Positions 35,513-44,488 of a stretch of DNA of 54,954 bases are shown here, in pieces (within the stretch, counting starts at the first letter, position 1; each line of letters opens with the position of its first letter). The position numbers and the translations under genes are program-made. The notes below the pieces were generated by a model. That model made no database searches. It had not been told where the DNA came from and was given only the letters and a program-made list of their open reading frames with translations. The stretch is from the NCBI GenBank assembly GCA_964450705.1, contig CAYVDB010000002.1:1-54954 (forward strand), given 5' to 3'. The DNA is from an uncultured Candidatus Saccharibacteria bacterium (GTDB lineage: Bacteria; Patescibacteriota; Minisyncoccia; Phycocordibacterales; Zambryskibacteraceae).

Positions 35513-37174
35513 GTGAAAAAAATATTTTTGCGCTTCATTACAATATTTCTCTCGCTTTCACTTCTTCTTTCTCCATTTGCGGTACACGCAAATCCTTTCA
35601 GCTCGATACTAAATAAGGTATTAAAACCAGACCCTCCAACAGGGGCTGTTCCTACTGCAGAAAATGCATTACGAACTAAAGAGATAGAGTTTAAAATTTT
35701 TGGGTTTGGAACGGGGATGTCTCTTGACGCCCTTATGTGGCAAATTGGAAGAATTCTTATTGACAAAATGAGCGACGCTGTCGTTGATTGGGTAAATAAG
35801 GGGTATAAGGGTGGCCCTTCATTTGTAACCGACCCTCGACAATTCTTCGGGGAAATAACGGACTCTGTTGGAGGAGTCATAATTCAAGATATTGGAGCAG
35901 GAGCCTTATGTAGTCCTCTTCGACTTCAGGTTCAAGCATCTTTACGCAATCGAATACAAGGACTCCAAACAAGACCAGGAGACCAGCTACAGAATAGGTG
36001 TACCTTTACAAGCGCAGTTGGCAATATTCAAAATTTCTTGGATGGCGACTTTAGTCAAGGAGGCTGGAATGGATGGTTCCACCTTACCCAACGTCCTCAA
36101 AATAACCCTTACGGAGCATTTATAGAGACGGATTCTGAATTAATGGTCCGTATTGGCAACTCAAAAGACCTTGCTCGTCTTGAAGTAGATTGGGCAGGAG
36201 GATTTCTGTCGCCAAGAAAATTTCCTCAGGACTGCAGAAAGGTAGACCCAGTAAACGCAGGACGCTGTCTTGAGTGGAATCCAGCAAAAACACCAGGAAA
36301 AACAATCGAAAAGTCAGTTGAAGATGCATTGGGCACAGAACTTAAACAACTCGAACTTGCAGATGAAGTTGATGAAATCATTGGCGCCGTCCTTGGTCGC
36401 CTCATTAGTGATATTGCAAGTAAGGGGCTATTTAAAAACACTCCGGGATGGACAACTGGACCAGGAAACCCTAATGCAGGAAACCCAATTGGCGGATCAT
36501 GCTACCCTAGTAACCCTAGCGCAATAGTTGGCGATACAATTACTTGGTCAGTAACATCAGCAGGATCAAACCTTTCATACGCATGGTCAGGAACGGATGG
36601 TCTCTCAGGAACAGGCCAAACGGCGTCAATTACTTACACAACCTCAGGCACAAAAGATGCAAGCGTAGTGGTAACAGACACAATCACCGACCCAAACACA
36701 GGCAACATCACAACAAAAACTGCAACCTTCTTGTGCCAGCCTCCAGTAATGGTTTCTAACTTTAAACCACTTCAGGTTCAGTGTGATACTGGGCCAATAA
36801 AAACTGCGAGACTATTAAACGGCCCAGGAAACCCTTCTGAACCAGTAACATGGTATGCGACAATTACGGGAGGATCAGGTAACTTTGTAGTGAGAACCGG
36901 GCTTAATCATATGCTTGGAGGCCGAAGTGAATTTGTCTGGAGTGGAGACGAAAATAGATCACCGCCACCACCTTTTGGGAACAATGGCCCAGCATGGGCA
37001 ATAAATACAGTAACTCGCACAGGAACTACCCCAAATCATGTAATTAAAATCTCAAATACTCGAGTATATTGGTTTCCTGGAACAAAAAGTGCCAACTTGT
37101 CTGTAATTGATGTCGACAATACAGTGGCTCCTGTAATACAGCAAACATGCAGTAATAGTATTGATATTTTCTAA
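35513..37174 (+). CDS. secreted hypothetical protein with PKD-like module
   Basis: GTG start at 35513, preceded by AGGA (35504-35507). Signal peptide KKIFLRFITIFLSLSLLLSPFAVHA. Internal module LSYAWSGTDGLSGTGQTASITYTTSGTKDASVVVTD. Confidence 0.55.
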   Translation: MKKIFLRFITIFLSLSLLLSPFAVHANPFSSILNKVLKPDPPTGAVPTAENALRTKEIEFKIFGFGTGMSLDALMWQIGRILIDKMSDAVVDWVNKGYKGGPSFVTDPRQFFGEITDSVGGVIIQDIGAGALCSPLRLQVQASLRNRIQGLQTRPGDQLQNRCTFTSAVGNIQNFLDGDFSQGGWNGWFHLTQRPQNNPYGAFIETDSELMVRIGNSKDLARLEVDWAGGFLSPRKFPQDCRKVDPVNAGRCLEWNPAKTPGKTIEKSVEDALGTELKQLELADEVDEIIGAVLGRLISDIASKGLFKNTPGWTTGPGNPNAGNPIGGSCYPSNPSAIVGDTITWSVTSAGSNLSYAWSGTDGLSGTGQTASITYTTSGTKDASVVVTDTITDPNTGNITTKTATFLCQPPVMVSNFKPLQVQCDTGPIKTARLLNGPGNPSEPVTWYATITGGSGNFVVRTGLNHMLGGRSEFVWSGDENRSPPPPFGNNGPAWAINTVTRTGTTPNHVIKISNTRVYWFPGTKSANLSVIDVDNTVAPVIQQTCSNSIDIF

Positions 37175-37175
37175 A

Positions 37176-39353
37176 ATGCACTCCTTGCTTTTAAAAAGTA
37201 AGACCTTCTTAAGAAAATGCTCCTTCTTTTTAGGAGTTCTACTTCTTACTATTTTCGTTTTTACGCCCATTCAAGCACAGGCTGAGTTCACTCTTTTTAA
37301 CATTGGCGACATAACGGGGAATGCCATAAAAGCGCTTCTTGGCGGACTAATGTCTGGCATTCTAGCTCTCGCCGCTTTCTTTACTGGCTTTTGCGGAGTA
37401 GTTCTAAACAAAACACTCGAATACACTCTCATAAACATGAGTTCGAATATTTCGAGTATTAGCGGTATTACTATCGCTTGGGGAGTCATTAGAGACCTTA
37501 TAAATATGAGCTTCATATTTATTCTTCTCTATATTGCAATTGGAACAATTCTTGGCTTAAGCGGGGTAAATTGGAAAAAAACTCTTATTCAAATAGTAGT
37601 TGCTGCTATTCTTATAAACTTTAGCCTTTTCTTCACTAAAGTAATTATTGACGCGTCAAATCTTGTTGCTCTTACATTTTATGATCAAATTATCCCTGCC
37701 GGTAGCACTACAATTCAGGGTTTTTCAGATGTATTTGCTAATTCTTTAAAAATTACTACCCTGTACAACACAAAAACCGCTGATGTTTCTTGGGAACAAA
37801 TAAGCTCTTTGGGGCTAATGGGGACACTCTTCCTACTAGTAACAGCATTTGTATTTTTGGCCGCAGCTTTATTATTTATCGCTCGTTTTATAACTCTTGT
37901 ATTTGTCTTAATCCTTTCTCCAATAGGTTTTTTCGGAAGTCTTCTGCCTGGGCTAGGAAGTTATGCCTCAAAATGGAAAGAAACCTTAATAGGCCAAGCT
38001 CTTTTCGCTCCTATTTATATGATTCTGACGTGGGTAATTGTAGTCATAATAAACGATCCAACCTTTGTCCTCGGAAGACAGGGGGATATGGCAAATACTT
38101 TATCTGGAGCAACAAACGCAACGGGCGCAACATTTGCAACAGGAGCATGGGGTATTTTTGTGAACTTTCTTATTGTCATAGGGTTCATGATTGGAACTTT
38201 GATTATTTCAAAGAGTACCGCAAGCAGAGGATCGAATCTCGGCCAAAAACTTGTCGGCAATATGCTTGGATATGGAGTAGGGGCCGCTGGATGGACTGGG
38301 AGAAAAACACTTGGCCGAGTTGGTCAATCTATTGCAGATAGTGAGAGTGTAAAAGCAAGAGCTTCTAAAGGAGGGGCGGCAGGTATGGTCGGCAGACTAC
38401 AGCTCAAGGCAGGAAGAGGTATGGCAAAGGGAAGTTACGACTTCAGGGAAAGCAACTTTGCAAATATGGGCAAGAAACTCGGCGTAGACGGACTTGAGCT
38501 TGGTCTTGGCGGTAAAGCTGGAGGAAAAGGCGGGTATGCTCAACAGATAAAAGACCGCGCAAAGAAAGAAAAAGAATATGCCGAATCTTTGAAACCATCA
38601 GATATTGCGCTTGATGAAGCAAAGCAAGCTGTAGAAAGAGCGAAAAACACAGAAGTGTCTGACGAGCGGTACAAACAAGAATTTGTAAGAAGAAAAAATA
38701 GAGAAAGAGAAGCCGAGAGAAAGGCGGGCTTGGCGCGCGCAGAATTGAGAGAATACGAGAAGCAGATTAGAACAAAATCACTTAAAGCAGACCCAGAGCT
38801 TGTGGCTCGGCGCAGAAGAAAGGTGGAAGAGGCTGATAGCGAACTTACAAATGCACGAACTGCAGCCCGTACTCCTGTATCAGAACTCAAGAAAACAATA
38901 AAAGACGCTTCAGTTAAAGAAGCTCAAAACAAACTGGATCAAATTCAAGGAGTAAACGAAGAAGAAGCAAAGAAAAGAGTTCGCATAGAGAAAGGTATAA
39001 AAAATGATGCGCAATGGAAAGAATACCTTGAATCAGAAGAAGGAAAGAAAGAAATTAAAGACCGTCAGATAAAAAGTGAAGGCGACAAACGAAAGGAGAG
39101 CTATGCAGAAACAATCACCCCAGAAGGTAATTGGGGATTGAGCACAAAACGAGTACTCTTCGTTGGAAAAGTAAAGAAAGAATACAAACAGGCTGCAGCC
39201 GACTTACGTAAAAATAAAAAATCTGTTAAGGACGAACTGGAAAAAATTCTCAAAGATCAAGGAGAAATAAGAGAAAAAGAATCAGATTCTAGTGGTGCTG
39301 GAGAACCAAAACCAGAAACGAAAAAAGAAGGCGACGGAGGACCTAAAACATAA
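37176..39353 (+). CDS. polytopic VirB6/TrbL-like membrane protein with ~300-aa K/E/R-rich C-terminal tail
   Basis: Signal peptide followed by at least 7 hydrophobic segments up to about residue 380. The rest is highly charged (EREAERKAGLARAELREYEKQIRTK...). ATG 37176 is preferred over TTG 37161. Confidence 0.5.
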   Translation: MHSLLLKSKTFLRKCSFFLGVLLLTIFVFTPIQAQAEFTLFNIGDITGNAIKALLGGLMSGILALAAFFTGFCGVVLNKTLEYTLINMSSNISSISGITIAWGVIRDLINMSFIFILLYIAIGTILGLSGVNWKKTLIQIVVAAILINFSLFFTKVIIDASNLVALTFYDQIIPAGSTTIQGFSDVFANSLKITTLYNTKTADVSWEQISSLGLMGTLFLLVTAFVFLAAALLFIARFITLVFVLILSPIGFFGSLLPGLGSYASKWKETLIGQALFAPIYMILTWVIVVIINDPTFVLGRQGDMANTLSGATNATGATFATGAWGIFVNFLIVIGFMIGTLIISKSTASRGSNLGQKLVGNMLGYGVGAAGWTGRKTLGRVGQSIADSESVKARASKGGAAGMVGRLQLKAGRGMAKGSYDFRESNFANMGKKLGVDGLELGLGGKAGGKGGYAQQIKDRAKKEKEYAESLKPSDIALDEAKQAVERAKNTEVSDERYKQEFVRRKNREREAERKAGLARAELREYEKQIRTKSLKADPELVARRRRKVEEADSELTNARTAARTPVSELKKTIKDASVKEAQNKLDQIQGVNEEEAKKRVRIEKGIKNDAQWKEYLESEEGKKEIKDRQIKSEGDKRKESYAETITPEGNWGLSTKRVLFVGKVKKEYKQAAADLRKNKKSVKDELEKILKDQGEIREKESDSSGAGEPKPETKKEGDGGPKT

Positions 39354-39355
39354 TT

Positions 39356-39940
39356 ATGGAGTACACAGATTTAATAAAAGAGAGATTAGATAATGCGCCA
39401 CAGGAGATTAAAGAGTATTTAGCGCGCTCTTCTTGGGAAGCTATAACCTTACCACTAATACAGCAAAACTCCCTTTCGGCAGAGCAAGCAACATCTATAA
39501 ATAATGAAATCATATTCGTCCTACTTGGCCTTGAGCTTAAGCAAGACTTTGAAAAGAATACAAGGGAAAATGCTAAGCTTCCTGGAATTCTAGCAACAAA
39601 CCTAAACAAAGAAGTCCAACAAAAGGTTTTTAGACCACTATCCGCTTTTCTGCCTACAGAATCCGAAGACGAAGATTTGCTAAATAACAGCAAAAACTTG
39701 CTTGAAGACGCAAAAGGTAACAGCGACAACGTACTTCCTCCACTTGTTGATCACACAAAAGAAATACCTCTTACAAACAACCCTCTAGAAAAACCTGCGC
39801 AAAGGGAAGAAGTGCCAAAGATGTCTCTCCAAGAGAAACTCATGAGTCAAATTGCGACTCCTCCTCAAGGAAATAAAGGAGCTCAAATAATAACCAAGGC
39901 ATATAAAGAGCAGGACCCTTATCGTGAGCCCCTAAACTAG
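39356..39940 (+). CDS. hypothetical protein (194 aa)
   Basis: Starts 2 nt after the previous stop. No TM segment and no family recognised. Confidence 0.45.
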   Translation: MEYTDLIKERLDNAPQEIKEYLARSSWEAITLPLIQQNSLSAEQATSINNEIIFVLLGLELKQDFEKNTRENAKLPGILATNLNKEVQQKVFRPLSAFLPTESEDEDLLNNSKNLLEDAKGNSDNVLPPLVDHTKEIPLTNNPLEKPAQREEVPKMSLQEKLMSQIATPPQGNKGAQIITKAYKEQDPYREPLN

Positions 39941-39941
39941 T

Positions 39942-40382
39942 ATGCGATTTCAAGTACCTCAATTCATAGAAGTAGAAGATAAAATTTTTGGACCTTTAAC
40001 CCTCAAACAATTCATCTATCTAGCAGGCGGAGGGGGAATAGTGGTTGTGCTTTGGAATGTTTTGCCGAAATTTATTGCAGTCATTATCGCCCTCCCTGTA
40101 ATAGGGGTTTCTGTCGCGCTGACTTTTTTTAAGATAAATAACCGCCCATTCATCATAATGCTTGAATCTTTCTTTAAATACACAGTCGGACAAAAGCTAT
40201 ACATCTGGAAAAAAGAAGAGCGGGAGGCAACCCCAGGGGAAAGAGCAAAAGCAAATCCTCATGTTGCACTTCCACATCTCTCAAATAGCAAACTGAAAGA
40301 TTTATCATGGTCTCTCGATGTAACAAAAACTTCAGGAATAGGAGAAGATAATGAAAAAATTGTTGGGGAAGATTTACGTTAG
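39942..40382 (+). CDS. PrgI-family (VirB3-like) T4SS membrane protein
   Basis: MRFQVPQFIEVEDKIFGPLTLKQFIYLAGGGGIVVVLW followed by a second TM. Matches the remembered PrgI family N-terminal pattern. Confidence 0.7.
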   Translation: MRFQVPQFIEVEDKIFGPLTLKQFIYLAGGGGIVVVLWNVLPKFIAVIIALPVIGVSVALTFFKINNRPFIIMLESFFKYTVGQKLYIWKKEEREATPGERAKANPHVALPHLSNSKLKDLSWSLDVTKTSGIGEDNEKIVGEDLR

Positions 40383-40417
40383 AATTTTTGTAAAAAATAG
40401 ATAGCTCACTCTTATCT

Positions 40418-40426
40418 TGATATAAT
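40418..40426 (+). promoter_or_regulatory. extended -10 promoter, leaderless
   Basis: TGA TATAAT, then 7 nt to the ATG at 40434. Confidence 0.45.
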
Positions 40427-40433
40427 ACTACTC

Positions 40434-41093
40434 ATGGCAAATTCATTTCGAGCAACACAATCATTTGTACCGATCGAAGATGTTCGAGATGGAGTGATTC
40501 TCATGAAAGATGGGGGAATGCGCGCCGCGCTTTTGTGCTCTTCATTAAACTTTTCCTTAAAATCAGAGGATGAAAAGATGGCGGTTCTTTCTCAATTTCA
40601 AGATTTTTTAAATTCTCTGGATTTTTCAATTCAGATATTCATACAATCAAGACGCCTTGATATCCGACCTTATCTTGCTCTTCTCGAAAATCAGAAAAAG
40701 AATCAGATGAATAGTCTGATGAAAATACAGATCCAAGAGTATGTCGAGTTCATAAAAAACTTCACTGACAATACAAACATTATGACAAAAAGCTTTTTTG
40801 TCATTGTTCCTTATACTCCTGCAATTCTCGGAGGGAAGACGCTGTCTTTAGGGGGCAAACTTATTGGGAAAAAAGAAAACAAAGAAACAATAGAAAGAAC
40901 TAAAGAAGAAGAATTTGAGGAGCACCGAACACAGCTAGAGCAGAGACTGTCAGTAGTAGAACAGGGGCTTGTACGGACCGGGATCCGCGTTGCTCATCTT
41001 GGAACCGAAGAGGTCATTGAGCTTTTTTATAAAATATTCAATCCAGGGGAGACTGATAAGCCGATCCAGCTTTCAGAAACACCAACTAATTAA
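40434..41093 (+). CDS. detached N-terminal domain of a Gram-positive-type VirB4 ATPase
   Basis: TQSFVPIEDVRDGVILMKDGGMRAALLCSSLNFSLKSEDEKMAVLSQFQDFLNSLDFSIQIFIQS resembles the N-terminus of Tn916-Orf16/PrgJ-like VirB4 proteins (from memory). Confidence 0.5.
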   Translation: MANSFRATQSFVPIEDVRDGVILMKDGGMRAALLCSSLNFSLKSEDEKMAVLSQFQDFLNSLDFSIQIFIQSRRLDIRPYLALLENQKKNQMNSLMKIQIQEYVEFIKNFTDNTNIMTKSFFVIVPYTPAILGGKTLSLGGKLIGKKENKETIERTKEEEFEEHRTQLEQRLSVVEQGLVRTGIRVAHLGTEEVIELFYKIFNPGETDKPIQLSETPTN

Positions 41094-41094
41094 C

Positions 41095-42912
41095 ATGGGA
41101 CTTTTCGACTTTTTAAAAAAGAAGACAGCCGAAACAACCCCTCAAGGAGTTTCTATTCTTCCGCATGAAATTTACGAAGCTAATACACTTGACCTCAAAG
41201 ATATTATCGCTCCATCAGCTCTCCAAGTCTCACCTAAGGAATTAAATCTTGGAGAAAAAATAGTCCGAAGCTTCTTCGTGATTTCATATCCTCGTTTCTT
41301 AGGGGAAAGTTGGTTTGCTCCAATTATAAATCTCGACCGAGTATTCGATGTATCAATCTTTGTCCATCCGATCGAGACCTCAAAAGTTTTGAAGCAATTT
41401 CAAAAGAAGGTAGCTGAAGTCCAGAGTCAAATTCACGAAAGAGAAGAAAAAGGTCTCGTTCGAGACCCAGTGCTTGATGTTGCCTATCAAGATCTAGAAA
41501 ACCTCCGCGACAACCTACAGCAGGCTCAGGAAAAACTCTTTGATGTTGGACTTTATGTTTCTATTTATGCCGACAACGACCAAGAATTAGACAGAATTGA
41601 GTCTGAAGTAAAATCTATTCTTGAATCTAAGCTTGTATATGTAAAACCGGCCCTCTTTCAGCAGGAACAAGCGTATAAAAGCATACTGCCTCTCGGAGAA
41701 GATGTTCTGCAAGTTAATTCGAAGCTCAACTCAACTCCACTTTCAAGCCTGTTTCCTTTCATATCTTTTGACCTTACATCCGATAAAGGTATCCTTTATG
41801 GAATAAACCGCCACAACTCTTCTCTTGTTCTCTTTGATAGATTTTCTTTGGAAAACTACAACTCTATTACCTTTGCAAAGTCAGGCGCCGGAAAATCTTA
41901 CGCAACCAAACTTGAAATTCTAAGAACTCTGATGTTCGATACTGAGGTCTTAGTCATTGATCCTGAGAGAGAATATGAATATATGGCCGAAGCTGTAGGT
42001 GGGCGATACTTTAAGATTTCATTGAACTCAGAACACCACATAAACCCTTTTGATCTTCCGCCACCAGGGGAAGGGGAATCGAGCGCAAGTGTTTTGCGGT
42101 CAAACATCGTTAACCTTGTAGGACTTTTCCGACTTATGATGGGAGGCCTTACCGCAGAAGAAGACGCCATCATTGATAGAGCAATTACCGAGACCTATGC
42201 TTTGAAAGACATTACGGCCGACTCTGATTTTAGAAATATCGAGCCTCCGCTTCTTTCTGATTTCGAATTAGTTCTTTCAGGGCTTGAAGGCGGAGAGTCT
42301 CTTGCTCAAAGACTTACCAAATATACAAAAGGCACTTGGGCTGGATTCATTAATCGTCCAACAAATATTGATATAAACAAAAAATTTGTAGTCTTCTCTC
42401 TACGAGACATGGAAGATGAGCTCAAACCAATTGCAATGTATATTGTTACTCACTATATCTGGAGTGCAATCAGAAAAGAGCTGAAAAAACGTCTTTTGGT
42501 AATCGATGAGGCATGGTGGATGATGCGTTCTGAAGATACCGCATCCTTCCTTCTTAACCTCGCAAAGAGAGGAAGAAAATACTACCTTGGACTCGCAACC
42601 ATTACTCAAGATGTCGACGACTTCTTAAAATCTCCTTACGGAACGCCGATTATTACCAACTCCTCAATTCAAATACTTTTGAAACAATCTCCAACGGCAA
42701 TTGATCGTCTTCAGGAAGTTTTCAATCTTACCGACGAAGAAAAATATCTTTTGCTCGAATCAGACGTGGGAGAGGGAATATTCTTTGCCGGACTCAAACA
42801 CGTAGCTATAAAAATTATAGCCTCGTACACCGAAGACCAAATTATTACTTCTGATCCTTCACAAATACTTGCAATACAAAAATCAAAACAAGCTCTTGAA
42901 CCAGTAGTATAA
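41095..42912 (+). CDS. VirB4/TrbE-family T4SS ATPase
   Basis: ORF trimmed to ATG 41095, 1 nt after the preceding TAA. Walker A FAKSGAGKSYAT and Walker B LLVIDEAWWMM. VirB4-type middle region (RSFFVISYPRFLGESWFAPII). Confidence 0.85.
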   Translation: MGLFDFLKKKTAETTPQGVSILPHEIYEANTLDLKDIIAPSALQVSPKELNLGEKIVRSFFVISYPRFLGESWFAPIINLDRVFDVSIFVHPIETSKVLKQFQKKVAEVQSQIHEREEKGLVRDPVLDVAYQDLENLRDNLQQAQEKLFDVGLYVSIYADNDQELDRIESEVKSILESKLVYVKPALFQQEQAYKSILPLGEDVLQVNSKLNSTPLSSLFPFISFDLTSDKGILYGINRHNSSLVLFDRFSLENYNSITFAKSGAGKSYATKLEILRTLMFDTEVLVIDPEREYEYMAEAVGGRYFKISLNSEHHINPFDLPPPGEGESSASVLRSNIVNLVGLFRLMMGGLTAEEDAIIDRAITETYALKDITADSDFRNIEPPLLSDFELVLSGLEGGESLAQRLTKYTKGTWAGFINRPTNIDINKKFVVFSLRDMEDELKPIAMYIVTHYIWSAIRKELKKRLLVIDEAWWMMRSEDTASFLLNLAKRGRKYYLGLATITQDVDDFLKSPYGTPIITNSSIQILLKQSPTAIDRLQEVFNLTDEEKYLLLESDVGEGIFFAGLKHVAIKIIASYTEDQIITSDPSQILAIQKSKQALEPVV

Positions 42913-42913
42913 T

Positions 42914-43426
42914 GTGCCCATGAACCCACAAAGTGAGAAATCTCGACTCCAAAGAGAAACCTACCGTAGACATAAAAATCGCGAGTTAAAAAAGGCTACA
43001 TCCTCACCTGAAGCAGAAGACGCTCCTAACGACATACAAGAGCAAAAGAGCCCTGAACCTAAGGTTGTAACTTCCGGGGCTGAAGGGGGGGATACCCCAA
43101 AACAAAAGATACCATCTTCAACGGCCATACTCATGATTGGTTTGGCGTTATTTTTTGACGGGCTACAATTCTTTCTTAATCTCATACCATTCGTCGGCAA
43201 CGCTTTAAGTAGTATATTTGTTGTCCCACTTGCTTGGCTTTCCTTCTATGTATGGTTCAAGATTAGAGGAGTCGATTTTGTGAGTCCAAAAAGATCCTTG
43301 ACCTTATTTGGCGCCGGTTTTCTTGAGCTTATACCTATACTTAACGTACTCCCAGCTTGGACTCTTGCTGTAGTTGCTCTCATTATTACAACTCGAATAA
43401 AAAAGGGCTTAAAAATTAGCCCCTAA
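42914..43426 (+). CDS. multi-TM hypothetical protein (170 aa)
   Basis: Charged N-terminal ~70 aa followed by 3-4 TM segments. GTG at 42914 or ATG at 42920. Confidence 0.5.
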   Translation: MPMNPQSEKSRLQRETYRRHKNRELKKATSSPEAEDAPNDIQEQKSPEPKVVTSGAEGGDTPKQKIPSSTAILMIGLALFFDGLQFFLNLIPFVGNALSSIFVVPLAWLSFYVWFKIRGVDFVSPKRSLTLFGAGFLELIPILNVLPAWTLAVVALIITTRIKKGLKISP

Positions 43427-43451
43427 TCCACCACGCAGTGGATTTCTTTTT
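43426..43451 (+). terminator. intrinsic terminator inside the T4SS-like cluster
   Basis: ATCCAC (43426-43431) / GTGGAT (43438-43443), then TTCTTTTT. Confidence 0.5.
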
Positions 43452-43459
43452 GCTATACT
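43451..43459 (+). promoter_or_regulatory. extended -10 promoter for the second transcription unit
   Basis: TGC TATACT. The block TATACTATAAAGAAT is identical to 34644-34658. The ATG at 43478 lies 18 nt downstream. Confidence 0.45.
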
Positions 43460-43477
43460 ATAAAGAATATTCTCTAT

Positions 43478-44488
43478 ATGAAGTACTTTCTTTTACTCCT
43501 ATTCGTACTTGGGTGTACACTTTACCCCAACGAAAACCGCCTAGAGGCTCAACTAGTTTCTGGTCGAGTGTCATCTCCGGACGAAAACCTCACCGTAACA
43601 GTGTCCCCACAATACCCAAGACCCTTTGAGACAGTTGGGGTTTCTATAGATACATATTGGTTTGACCTTAACACCGCCAAAATAACATGGCTCGTAAACG
43701 GGAAGGTTGTAGATACTGGAGTCGGCAAGAAAAGTATCTCTCTCACACTTGGAGACATAGGGCAGGGAACCTCTGTTGTCATTCAAGTAGAAAAACCTTA
43801 TGGAGCGACATTTTCTAATACAGTAAGAATATATCCAAGTTCGGTAGAACTTGTGTGGGAAGCTCAAACATACACTCCACCTTTCTATAAAGGGAAAGCG
43901 CTCCCGACCTTTGGCTCAAACATTACCGTATCTGCTTTATCTCGAATTTCAACTGGAGGCACTTTTGTTCCAAAAGAAAACCTACTCTACACATGGAAAC
44001 TTAACGGTAGCAGCGCTCCCATAGAAAGCGGACTTGGAAAATATTCAATTAGCTTCCCGGCAACAATAACTAGAAAAGAGGAGGTTGTTAGTGTTTCTGC
44101 ATCTATACCAAATACCGGGGTAGAAGCACTTGGAGAAACGACCATTAAGCTCTCCAACCCTGTTATTCGGATTTACGAGGATCATCCTCTATACGGGACA
44201 CTTTCACAAACCGCCCTTTCTCAATCCATCCGACTACTCTCCCAGGAAATATCATTCAAAGCTGTTCCTTTTTTCTTTTCTAACAAAGACCCACAATTCT
44301 CAGAGCTTGAGTTTAATTGGAACATGAATGGGAAAAATATCACAGACACAACATCTGATACAATTGTCCTCAGAAGTAGTGGGGAAGAAGCGGGTCGCTC
44401 AACTGTATCGGTTGAAATAAACAACAGTGAGAAAACATCTCAATTTGGAGAAACATCATTTACGCTCAACTTTGGCAACAATGAATAA
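43478..44488 (+). CDS. putative lipoprotein (336 aa), unknown family
   Basis: MKYFLLLLFVLGC lipobox-like signal and a beta-rich body. Confidence 0.5.
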   Translation: MKYFLLLLFVLGCTLYPNENRLEAQLVSGRVSSPDENLTVTVSPQYPRPFETVGVSIDTYWFDLNTAKITWLVNGKVVDTGVGKKSISLTLGDIGQGTSVVIQVEKPYGATFSNTVRIYPSSVELVWEAQTYTPPFYKGKALPTFGSNITVSALSRISTGGTFVPKENLLYTWKLNGSSAPIESGLGKYSISFPATITRKEEVVSVSASIPNTGVEALGETTIKLSNPVIRIYEDHPLYGTLSQTALSQSIRLLSQEISFKAVPFFFSNKDPQFSELEFNWNMNGKNITDTTSDTIVLRSSGEEAGRSTVSVEINNSEKTSQFGETSFTLNFGNNE

